From the NCBI GenBank assembly GCA_038231435.1, contig JBBRLJ010000001.1, positions 128,001 to 192,000 on the forward strand: 64,000 nt of DNA, written 5' to 3'. The translations under genes were made by a program, and so were the position numbers. Every line of letters starts with the position of its first letter. The first letter of the stretch is position 1. The notes under the pieces are model-generated. The model had not been told where the DNA came from and searched no databases. It was given only the letters and a program-made list of their open reading frames with translations. Below, in pieces: positions 37,458 through 46,600 of this stretch. Source of the stretch: Planctomycetota bacterium (lineage in GTDB: Bacteria; Planctomycetota; UBA11346).

Positions 37458-40400
37458 ATGGCCCTGCCCCCCCTGCCCACCAAGCCCAACCAGCAGCTGA
37501 TCAACCACACGCTCGATCACGAGCTCCACGAGGAGCACGACCGGCGCCTGTCCCAGGCGCGCGACCTCGGGCGGCGGATCCGCGCGCGGCTCGCGGGCTG
37601 GCGGCTGCCGCTGCTGGCGGTCCGCACCACCTACAGCCTGCTGCGCGGCACCGCCTCGCCGGAGCAGTGGGCTCAAGCGCTGGTCGGGCTGCGTGGCGAC
37701 GACGCCGACTCGTCGCTCCAGGCGGCGAAGGACCGGCGCGGCGCGAATCATCCGTCCGACCAGGCCGCCGGTGGCGCGGTGCTGGCGGCGGTGCGCGCCC
37801 TCGAGCGCGCGCGCACCTCAGGAGCGGCCGTCGCCGGACCCGCGCGCGTCCAGGACGCGCCTACGCTCGCCGTTCGGTCCGATCACGATCGCGATGCCGA
37901 TAGCGATGGCGATGCCGATGCCGATGCCGAGCCGTGGGCGATCCTCGCCGACCGCGACGACGTGCTCGGGCTGCCGGCCTGCATCGATCACTGGGGGCGC
38001 GGCAAGGTCGGCATCGGCGCCACCGTCGAGCTCGCCCGGGGCGAGGGCGAGGACGAGGACGAGGACACCCTGCTGCTCGCCCCGACCGAGACCGCCTACG
38101 CACGCCTGTGCCTGCTGCTGTCGTGGCGGCACGAGGAGCCCGAGGCATGGGCGCGGTGGCGGCGCGGTGGCGCGGCCCGCGACGGCCTCGACTGCACCGG
38201 CCTCGTCGCGCTGGTCCGCGACGAGGCGTGGGGCCGCCGCCTGCGCGATCTCGGCGCCGAGATCTGGTGGCGCGCGGACGTCCGTCCCCAGCAGACGCCG
38301 GTGGCGTTCCCCGTCGCGTCGGCGCCGATCCTCACACACCACGACGACCGCGGCCGCGCCGCCGCCGGCATCCTCGCCGCGATCCGGCAGCGGCGCACGG
38401 TGCGCCGCGAGGACGCCCGCCATGCCGGGAACGCGCTCACCGACCTGTGCGCGATGCCCGCGGCGTACGCGGGATACGAGGAGCAGCTCGACGCCGGCGC
38501 CGCGCTCGCCGCGCGCTGCCGCTGGCTGCCGGGCGGGCAGGACGAGCAGGGGCGACCGCAGCTGCATCTGCCGCCGCGCGGGGCCGGGCTGTTCGGACGC
38601 GACATCGATCCCGATGCCCTGCTGCGCGAACGCGCCGAGACGGGACTGGTCGACCGCTACCAGGCGCAGTGCGACGTGGCCCGCGCCGCGGCGCGGGCAC
38701 GGCTCGAGAAGGAGCTGCGCATCATCGCCGACAAGCGCTTCGCCGGCTACATCCTGATGGTGTGGGAATTGGCCGACGGCCACCACACCTGCGGTCGCGG
38801 ATCGGGCGCCTCATCGATCGTCTGCTACTGCCTGGGCATCACCAACGTGGACCCGGTGAAGTACCATCTGGTCTTCGAGCGCTTCCTGTCGCCCGAGCGC
38901 ATCGATCCGCCGGACATCGATGTCGATTTCGCCTGGGACGAGCGCGACGAGGTCATCGGCCGCACCATCGCGCGCTACGGGCGCGAGCACGTGGCGATGG
39001 TCGCGACCCACCAGGGCATGCACCGCTGGGCGGCGCTTCGCGAGGCAGCGCGCGCGCATGGCATCCCCGATGGCGCCATCGCCACGATGAGCCAGCGCCT
39101 GCGCGAATCCGATCTCTATGGACAGGGCGTCGAACCGCCCGAACCGTGGCCAGCCATCATCGCCGCCGCCGACGCCATCGCCGGCGCGCCGCGCCACCTT
39201 GGCCTGCACTGCGGCGGGGTGGTCATCACCGCGCGTCCAGTGCGCGAGCTGGTGCCGGTGCATCCGGCGGCGAAGTCGCTCGAGGTGCCCGGACATGGCC
39301 GGCTGCGCGTGCCGACCATCGCCTGGGAGAAGGACGGCGCCGAGGATCTCGGATTCATCAAGGTCGACGTGCTCGGCAACCGCAGCCTGGCGGTGCTGCG
39401 GGACTGCCTCGAAGACCTCGAGGTGGATGGCAATCCGCTCGAGCTGCTCTCGTGGAACCCGATGGAGGACGAGCGGACGAAGGACATCGTCGCGCGCGGA
39501 GCGACCATGGGCGTGTTCTACGTCGAGAGCCCATCGATGCGCCAGCTGCAGGCCAAGGTCGGCAGTCCGGATTTCGACCGGCTGGTGGTGCACAGCAGCA
39601 TCATCCGCCCAGCGGGCACCAACTTCATCGACACCTACATCCGACGCTACCACCGCTCGAAGGAGACCGGCGGCGACGTGCCGGAAGCGGAGCTCCGGGA
39701 ATGGTATCCGCACCCGGCGCTGCGCGGCCTGCTCAGCGACAGCTTCGGCGTGCTCTCATACCAGGAGGACGTGATGCTGGTCTCGCAAGCGCTCGCCGGC
39801 TTCGGCAGCAAGGAGGCCAACGAGCTGCGCAAGGCGCTGGGGCGCAGCGACACCGGGACCCGCCTGCAGGCGCTGGCGAATCGTTTCCGCGAGGGCTGCC
39901 TGGCCAACGGCGTCGCCGAGGATGTCCTCGACTGGGTGTGGCGGATGATCTCGTCGTTCGCGGGCTACAGTTTCTGCAAGGCGCACTCCGCCAGCTACGC
40001 GGTGGTGAGCTTCCAGTGCGCCTACCTCAAGGCCCACCATCCGGCGCACTTCATGGCGCGGGTCATCGCCAACCAGGGCGGCTACTACCACACCGCCGCC
40101 TACGTCGAGGAGGCGCGCCGCCTCGGCGTCGAGATCCGCGGCCCGTGCGTGCTGCGCAGCGCCTGGAAGACCCAGCGCGAGGGCGCGGGCGCCATCCGCA
40201 TCGGTTTCCAGCTGGTCACGGGCCTGTCGATGGCGACGGCGGAGGCGATCATCAGGGAACGGTCCGTGGTCCGTCGTCCGTCGTCCGTCCTCGGACATCA
40301 GGACGGCTGTCCCTTCCGGAGCCTGCGCGAGCTGAAGTCCCGCTGCCGCATCCAGGCCGACGAGATGAAGGCGCTCGATGACGGCGGCGCCTTCGACGCG

Positions 40401-41042
40401 CTGCTCCCGCACCTGAACACGGCACAGCGCACCTGGCTGGTGACGGTGGTGTCGCGCGAGGCCGAGGCGTTCATCCATCCGCCGAGCGTGGCCGGGCAGG
40501 CGATCCTCGATCTGCTCGCCGAGGACCTCTCCGATCCGGTGCCGCCGCCGCTGCGCGACCTGCCGCTCGAGGTGGTGCGCCAGCGACGCTACGCCTGCCT
40601 GGGCCTGTTGCCCGAGCGCCATCCGCTGTGCCTGTGGCACCTGCCGAAGCGCGCGGTGTTCTGCCGCGACATCACCGCGCGCGCCGATCGCCGGCGCCTC
40701 TCGGTGATCGCCTGGCCGATCGCGCGCAAGCGCGTCAGCGCCACCTACAGCAAGGACGAGGACGGCGTGGAGCTCGACACCCCGCGCTTCGAGGCGATGT
40801 GCTTCGTCACCGTCGAGGACGAGACCGGCCTGACCGAGACCGTATGGTTCCCGGACGCGTACCGCGCCTATGGCGCACTGCTCGAGCGCGGCGAACCGCT
40901 GCGTCTCACCGGTACCGTCGCAGTCGCCTTCGGCTACCCCACGCTCACCATCGAACACGCTGACTGTCGGTGGGGGGCTACGGCCCCCCAACATCGGCCT
41001 GCCCCTACCGACCGGGGCCTTACGCCGGCCTGCCCCCCATGA
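37458..41042 (+). CDS. dnaE2: DNA polymerase III alpha subunit, DnaE2 (error-prone)-like
   Basis: GRGSGASS, PPDIDVDF, HCGGVVI, KVDVLGNRSL, YQEDV, FAGYSFCKAHSASYA, OB-fold FVTVEDETG; degenerate PHP domain. Confidence 0.85.
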   Translation: MALPPLPTKPNQQLINHTLDHELHEEHDRRLSQARDLGRRIRARLAGWRLPLLAVRTTYSLLRGTASPEQWAQALVGLRGDDADSSLQAAKDRRGANHPSDQAAGGAVLAAVRALERARTSGAAVAGPARVQDAPTLAVRSDHDRDADSDGDADADAEPWAILADRDDVLGLPACIDHWGRGKVGIGATVELARGEGEDEDEDTLLLAPTETAYARLCLLLSWRHEEPEAWARWRRGGAARDGLDCTGLVALVRDEAWGRRLRDLGAEIWWRADVRPQQTPVAFPVASAPILTHHDDRGRAAAGILAAIRQRRTVRREDARHAGNALTDLCAMPAAYAGYEEQLDAGAALAARCRWLPGGQDEQGRPQLHLPPRGAGLFGRDIDPDALLRERAETGLVDRYQAQCDVARAAARARLEKELRIIADKRFAGYILMVWELADGHHTCGRGSGASSIVCYCLGITNVDPVKYHLVFERFLSPERIDPPDIDVDFAWDERDEVIGRTIARYGREHVAMVATHQGMHRWAALREAARAHGIPDGAIATMSQRLRESDLYGQGVEPPEPWPAIIAAADAIAGAPRHLGLHCGGVVITARPVRELVPVHPAAKSLEVPGHGRLRVPTIAWEKDGAEDLGFIKVDVLGNRSLAVLRDCLEDLEVDGNPLELLSWNPMEDERTKDIVARGATMGVFYVESPSMRQLQAKVGSPDFDRLVVHSSIIRPAGTNFIDTYIRRYHRSKETGGDVPEAELREWYPHPALRGLLSDSFGVLSYQEDVMLVSQALAGFGSKEANELRKALGRSDTGTRLQALANRFREGCLANGVAEDVLDWVWRMISSFAGYSFCKAHSASYAVVSFQCAYLKAHHPAHFMARVIANQGGYYHTAAYVEEARRLGVEIRGPCVLRSAWKTQREGAGAIRIGFQLVTGLSMATAEAIIRERSVVRRPSSVLGHQDGCPFRSLRELKSRCRIQADEMKALDDGGAFDALLPHLNTAQRTWLVTVVSREAEAFIHPPSVAGQAILDLLAEDLSDPVPPPLRDLPLEVVRQRRYACLGLLPERHPLCLWHLPKRAVFCRDITARADRRRLSVIAWPIARKRVSATYSKDEDGVELDTPRFEAMCFVTVEDETGLTETVWFPDAYRAYGALLERGEPLRLTGTVAVAFGYPTLTIEHADCRWGATAPQHRPAPTDRGLTPACPP
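40261..40288 (+). repeat. 4x heptamer SGTCCGT inside dnaE2
   Basis: ggtccgt ggtccgt cgtccgt cgtccgt. Confidence 0.8.
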
Positions 41043-41173
41043 AGAAACGGCAAGTGCAGGTAGGTCAGGCTGACTGCGTCGCCTGAAACGGATCCTCAGT
41101 CCTTCGGATGTCCCATCTCTCCCTCCCGCTCTCCCCCTTCCACGCCTTCCGTCTTCGCCATCGTAGCGGTCCG

Positions 41174-41812
41174 ATGTTCGAGCCCGCCGTCACCCTGAGC
41201 GACTACGTCATCGCAGCCGAATGCGCGTGGTGCGCGTGGTGCTGCGAGCGCTGGCCCGGACGGTCGCGGCCGTGGACGACGCTGTTCTATGTATCGCTGA
41301 TCGTCGCTGGCGTGGTCGGCGGCACCTCGCACGGCTTCTATCCCACGGACGGCGAGCGCGTGCACGAAGCGTTGTGGACGGCGACCCTGCTGTCGATCGG
41401 CGTGACCGCGCTGGCGATGTGGGGGATCTGTGCGAGCGGCCTGAAGCGCCAGAGCTTCCGCTGGGTGGTCGGCACCGCGACCGCGCTGCTGGTGGCGTAC
41501 GCCATGGCGGTGCTGATCGGTGCGCGCGAGTTCAGGGTGGCGATCGCCTTCTACCTGCCGCCGGCAGCGGCGATGCTCGGGCGCTTCGCGTGGCTGTGGT
41601 GGCGCAGGCGCGACCGCCGCTTCGGCGCCGGCACCGCCGGCGTGGCCCTGACCTTCGTGGCGGCGGCGATCCAGGCCCTGCGCCTGGACCCGCATCCGTT
41701 GTTCGATCACAACGCGCTCTACCACGCGGTCCAGGCGCTGGCGCTGCTGGCGATCCTGCCGGCGGCGAAGGCGTTGGCGGTGGGCACAGAGAGGCCCGCA
41801 GCAAGAGTCTAG
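41174..41812 (+). CDS. Multi-pass membrane protein (DUF6962-like)
   Basis: EPAVTLSDY N-terminus, GGTSHGF, HNALYHAVQ near the C-terminus; several TM segments. Confidence 0.7.
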   Translation: MFEPAVTLSDYVIAAECAWCAWCCERWPGRSRPWTTLFYVSLIVAGVVGGTSHGFYPTDGERVHEALWTATLLSIGVTALAMWGICASGLKRQSFRWVVGTATALLVAYAMAVLIGAREFRVAIAFYLPPAAAMLGRFAWLWWRRRDRRFGAGTAGVALTFVAAAIQALRLDPHPLFDHNALYHAVQALALLAILPAAKALAVGTERPAARV

Positions 41813-41932
41813 GAGATCGAGACGACAGGATGGAAGCGGGGCAGCAGCGATCAGAACCGATTGCAACCGTTGCACATCACCGCGTCCTTCCTGATGCCTG
41901 TTCCAACCGAATGTCCCGGCGAACCTCCCAGC

Positions 41933-41959
41933 GAACCTCCCGACGTCTGCTCCGTCTAT
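41933..41959 (+). promoter_or_regulatory. Candidate ECF-sigma promoter of the RiPP operon
   Basis: GAACCT-N16-TCTAT, resembling the sigmaE-type GAACTT-N16-TCTRA, 25 nt upstream of the first precursor. Confidence 0.4.
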
Positions 41960-41984
41960 CAGGTATCCTCCCCTGGAGCCTGCC

Positions 41985-42242
41985 ATGAAGATCCCCGACC
42001 ACGTCCTCGACCTGATGCTGATCGGCGCCATCGGCGCCGTCTGCTTCATCCCGCATGGGACCAAGGCCGCGGTCGCCGCGATGCCGACCACGAAGGCTCC
42101 CATCGCCAGCGTGGTTCCAGACGTCCCGCTCCACACGGATCCGGTGAACGCTCCGGGTTGCGCCATGCCCCGCGCCGATGCGCCCACGGTGGGCCGGCCG
42201 ATCGTCGCCCACGATCCCTGTCCCGGCTGCGGACGGGGCTGA
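41985..42242 (+). CDS. RiPP precursor 1 (85 aa, ends DPCPGCGRG), chryseobasin/ChrA-like
   Basis: GGAG at 41975-41978; hydrophobic N-terminus; CPxCGxG C-terminus; adjacent to a DUF692 gene. Confidence 0.85.
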   Translation: MKIPDHVLDLMLIGAIGAVCFIPHGTKAAVAAMPTTKAPIASVVPDVPLHTDPVNAPGCAMPRADAPTVGRPIVAHDPCPGCGRG

Positions 42243-42244
42243 CC

Positions 42245-42499
42245 ATGAAGATCCCCGACCACGTCATCGACCTGATGCTGATAGGCGCCATCGGCGCCAT
42301 CTGCTTCATCCCGCATGGCGGGAAGCCGGCCCCCTCCGCGCTCTCGGCACGCTCAGCGGTGGAGACGGCTGGCGCGCCTGCTGGATGCGTGACACCGGTG
42401 CAGCCGCCGTCCGCAACTCCGATCGTCGGCCAACCTGCTCCGCCGGCGCGGCCGATCCGCTCCCGCGGCGACTATTGTCCGGCCTGCGGCATGGGCTGA
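42245..42499 (+). CDS. RiPP precursor 2 (84 aa, ends DYCPACGMG), chryseobasin/ChrA-like
   Basis: ATG 2 nt after the precursor 1 stop; first 75 nt 71/75 identical to precursor 1; CPACGMG terminus; hidden inside ORF 41861..42499. Confidence 0.88.
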   Translation: MKIPDHVIDLMLIGAIGAICFIPHGGKPAPSALSARSAVETAGAPAGCVTPVQPPSATPIVGQPAPPARPIRSRGDYCPACGMG

Positions 42500-42503
42500 G
42501 CGG

Positions 42504-43427
42504 ATGCCCACGCGGCTGACGCCGGTGCGCGTGGGCCTGTCGTTGATGACGACGGAGGATTTCCGCGCCGCGTCGCTGCCGCTGTTCGCCGATGGCGTGG
42601 TCGATGCGCTGGAGTGGAGTCCAGACATGCTCTGGGCACCATGCGGGGAGCGCCATCCCGAGCCAGCGTGGTGCGCGGCGCTGCTCGATCACTACGAACA
42701 CGCGGGCCGACTGAGCGGACACGGCGTGCATCTGTCCGCCTTCTCTGCCGAGGCTCCCACGCGTCACGAACGCTGGTTCGCCCGCCTGGCAGGCGATCCC
42801 CGCCGCTACCGCCGCTTCTCGGAGCACGTCGGCTTCATGTCCGCTCCCGGCTTCGCCGATGGTGCGCCCCTGCCGGTGCCGCGCTGTGCCGAGACCGTGG
42901 CGCTCGGCGCTGCGGCGCTGACCCGCATCGCGCGTGTGACCGGCGTCCCCGCGGGGCTGGAGAACCTGGCGCTCGCCTTCAGCGAATCCGAGGCCTGGGA
43001 GCAGGGTCCGATGCTCGCGGACATCCTATCTGCGGCGTCGACGGCCTCGACGGCGGAGGCGCCGGCATTCCTGGTGCTCGATCTGCACAACCTGTGGTGC
43101 CAGGCGGTGAACTTCGCCATCGACCCCGAGCGCCTCCTGGCGGCTTTTCCCCTGGAGCGGGTGCGCGAGCTCCACGTCTCGGGCGGCAGCTGGTCGCATC
43201 CGCGAGCCGATCCCCTCGGACGGCGATTCCGTCGCGACACCCATGATGGCGCCGTGCCCGACGAGGTCCTCGCGCTCATCGAGCCGGCGCTGGCGCGCTG
43301 CCCGCTGCTCGAGGACGTATTCCTGGAGCGGCTCGGCGGAACCATGCTGACCGAAGATGAGCGTGGCGGATTCCGCACCGATTTCATGCGCCTGCGCGCG
43401 CTGGTATATGAGGCCGCGCATGCCTGA
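42504..43427 (+). CDS. DUF692 family multinuclear non-heme iron oxidase (MNIO; ChrH/MbnB/TglH-like)
   Basis: HGVHLS, FSEHVGF, GLENLA, LDLHNLWC, ELHVSGG, DTHDG, FLERL metal-ligand pattern. Confidence 0.92.
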   Translation: MPTRLTPVRVGLSLMTTEDFRAASLPLFADGVVDALEWSPDMLWAPCGERHPEPAWCAALLDHYEHAGRLSGHGVHLSAFSAEAPTRHERWFARLAGDPRRYRRFSEHVGFMSAPGFADGAPLPVPRCAETVALGAAALTRIARVTGVPAGLENLALAFSESEAWEQGPMLADILSAASTASTAEAPAFLVLDLHNLWCQAVNFAIDPERLLAAFPLERVRELHVSGGSWSHPRADPLGRRFRRDTHDGAVPDEVLALIEPALARCPLLEDVFLERLGGTMLTEDERGGFRTDFMRLRALVYEAAHA

Positions 43428-43692
43428 CCACGACCACCCCGCCATCAACCTTGCCACCTACCAGAGGCGCCTCTTGGAAGCGCTGCACCACGCCGATGTG
43501 GATTCGGACGGATATGCGATCGCGCGCGAGTTGCGCGCCGATCCGCTGCTCGCACCACTGGCGGAACGGATGGGGCGCTGGGAGCCGCGCAGCCTCGAGA
43601 CCGCGGCGGAGCTGGCGCGGCGATGGGGGCGAGTCGATCCGGCGACGACGGCCGAGGCGCCTCATTCCGATGGCACTCGCGATCAGACCTGA
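43420..43692 (+). CDS. Small helical protein, putative MNIO partner
   Basis: ATG overlaps the MNIO stop (ATGCCTGA); 90 aa; LATYQRRLLEAL helix reminiscent of DUF2063-type partners. Confidence 0.6.
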   Translation: MPDHDHPAINLATYQRRLLEALHHADVDSDGYAIARELRADPLLAPLAERMGRWEPRSLETAAELARRWGRVDPATTAEAPHSDGTRDQT

Positions 43693-46600
43693 GCGTCGCG
43701 CCCGGCGCCGTTCGCCAGCGTCAGCCAGCGCTCCGCCTCCGACTCCCATGCGTCCCCGTCTCCCACCGTACCCTCGGCACTGGCAAAGAAGCGCCGGTCG
43801 AGTTCCGCGATGCGCGCACGCAGCTCCTCGCGCTGACGTTCGGCGAGACCCAGGGACGCATCGCCGTCGATGCGCTTGAGCAGGGATAGCACGGTGAAGG
43901 GCGTGAGTTTGCCCGGGCGCGCATGGCGCGGTCCTGATGCCACCACCGGTCTACGGCTTTGGCGCAGCCACCACCACAGGCTCGCCAAACCAACCACCGC
44001 GACGGCCGCGGCCACGACCCGCGACCAACGCTCGCGAGGGATCGCTCCGAGATCGAGCGGCACGTTGGCGATGGCGTCGACGATATCCGCGTCCACATAG
44101 CGCTTGTAGACCGCTTCCGTCCCGGCGATGCGCGCGACTGGGAAGCGGAATTCCGCCGTCGCGTCGCCGGAGCGGCGCTGGTAGTGCGCCTGGAAGCGGC
44201 GCTGGCAGAGGGCCGCGGCGTCCGGCGAGGCCGGGTCGATGGCGGTGACCACCAGCCCCTGGTCGTCGATCTTCACCCGCGTGAAACCAGGCACCTCGAG
44301 ATCGAGCAGGCGGTCGGGCTCGGGAAGGATGCCCTTGCCGTCGGCCTGGATCTCGATCGAGGCCTCGCCCTTCGCGAGTTCGCGCGTGTCCAGGGTCTGG
44401 GTGATCTTGAGGTCGCGACAGGGGCGCGTCGGCGCGTTATGTGCGCGGGCGTCGATGATCGCCACCGCCGATGACACCGGCAGCACCACCTGGCCCTGGC
44501 CGTCAGCGAAATCGAGATCGATCGGCACCGACGGCAGGCGATCGACCGAAGCGTCCTTGGCTTTCATCGCGATGTAGGCGAGTGGCGTCTCGCGCCAGCC
44601 CTCCTTGCCGAATCCGCGCGGGGCGATGTCCGGCTGGCTCCAGGCCAGCGAGATGATCTCGAAGCGCTCGCCGAGCGTGTCGCGCAGGCGCTTCTCGAAA
44701 TCGTTGCGGTAATTCACCTCCTCGCCGTTCTGGGTGTAGACCTGATTCTGCAGATAACGGTTGAAGCCGCCGCTCTCGCGGCCGAGCGCATCGCTGTAGC
44801 GCAGCGCGACACGGATCCCGAAGGCATGCTCGCCGACCGTCGAATCGCCGTCGACGGCGAGTGACAGCCCGATCTCACCAAGCAGATCGTCGTACGACGA
44901 CAGCAGCTGGCGCGCCTTCGCGCCGCTCTTGTGATCCCCGAGCACGCGCAGCGCGTTGCGCAGGTAGCGAGGCTTGAGCTCGGGAGCGATGGAACGCATG
45001 CGCATCTCGATCTCGGCGCCGAACAGCGCCAGGTGCTGGTCGGCGGCCTTCGCCGGCAGCGCCACGATGGCGGCGCGCACCTTCCCCACCTGGTCGACGT
45101 CGGCCTCCTGCTGCCGGGTGAGGTACCCCATGTCGCTCGCACCCAGGGCGGATTGGAACCACTGCACGTAGGCGTCGGCTGAGGGATCCTCGTCTGAAGT
45201 CGCCAGCCCCGCCGCGTACGATGCCGCCGCGCGGGCGAAGGCCGCGAAGGCGCGGTCGCGCAGGCCCGTGTACTCGGCGAGCGGCACCTTCTGCCCGTAG
45301 GCGAATTCGGCCTCGTCGAAGAGGATCGCCCCTTGACCGGATAACAGGCGCCAGTGGTCAGGAGCCTTCACCAGGGCGCTCTCGATCAACTGGTCGGCGA
45401 GCCGGTAGCCACGCCGCACCTCAGCGACGGTCTCGGCGTCGGTGCGCTTGGTGCCCGCCTGCTGCTGGACCTCGGGCTTGCGCCATCGGCCGGCTAGGCT
45501 CGAACGCATCGCCGAGACGATGTTCACCGATGCAACTGGCGGCAGATCTCGCACGTCGCCGAAGACGGCCGTGATGTCCTCGGCGCGGAATACCTCCGCG
45601 GGGCTGTGGCAGGCGGAGAAGGCCTGCACCTGCAGCTCGGGCGGCAACGGAGGCAGCGGCAGTTTGCGGAATTCGCCGAGCAGCTTGGCGAGCTCCGTGA
45701 GGTCGCGCGCCTGCCGCGCGCGCGTCAGCGGGATGGCGCTGCCGGCGTAAAAATAGCTGCGCCCCCCGCCATAGCTGCCATTGGTGCCCATGCCGTAGCG
45801 ATTGCCGCCGCCTCGGCCCTGGGCCCACACCTGCAGCAGATCCTTGGCGAGCTCGAAGGCACGTTGCTGCTCGTCGGGCGCGAGTTTCGCGATCAGCGCG
45901 AGCGCCTGATCGTATTCGCCCGAGCGCCCGACCATGCCGCCGATGATGCTGCGCAACCGTTGCGCCAGGGCGACATCGAGGTTGGCGAGCCATCCCGCCG
46001 ACGGTGCCAGGGTGAGGAGTTCAACCGCTGGGATGGGCGGGTGGTCGTCGTTGCCGTTGCCGCCTTGGTTCGCGTAGCTGTAGGAGTTGGAGCGCATGAT
46101 GCGGCGGCCGCCCCGGCGCATGGTGGAGCGCACGGGAGTCGCGCGCGAGAAACCCTGACCCTGGTCGTATTCGTCGCCCATCTGATTTACGGTAGCCCCG
46201 ATGCTGCCCTCGGCCTCGCGCAGCCAGCCGAGCGCCAGCAGATTGAGCGCCGGTCGCCAGCGCTCGGTATCGAGCGCAGCGGCCGCTAGCAGACCGTTCA
46301 CGACGCGCGCCTGCGTCCCCAGTGCCTGGATGCGCGCCATCACGTCGGGCGATTCGGCGAGCGCCTCGACCTGCGCCGCCACCGCCGCCAGCAGCAGGCG
46401 GCCCTGGGATGGCTTGCCGCCGAAGACCTCCATCAGCCAGGCGTTGCCGACGCCCTCGGGAAGGTTGGCGAGCAGATCGAGGCAGCGCTTGATGCCGGAC
46501 ATGCGCAGCGCCGACTGCTCGGGATCGGCGTCGCTCAGGTGCGCGAGCATCGCCTGGGTGAGATCCCACGCGCTGCGCAGCTGCTCCGGATCCTTCTGCG

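Noticed and set aside
41060..41115. CTGA...GAAAC segment resembling a hammerhead ribozyme
   Set aside because: The core reads CUGACUG rather than CUGANGA; better explained as a simple TCAGGC/GCCTGA hairpin
41985..42319. 75-nt direct repeat as a CRISPR or mobile-element end
   Set aside because: Two copies only, each beginning at an ATG and coding paralogous peptide N-termini
41861..42499. 212-aa ORF from the track spanning both precursors
   Set aside because: TTG start without an RBS and out-of-frame overlap with precursor 1; the true gene most likely starts at ATG 42245, matching its paralogue
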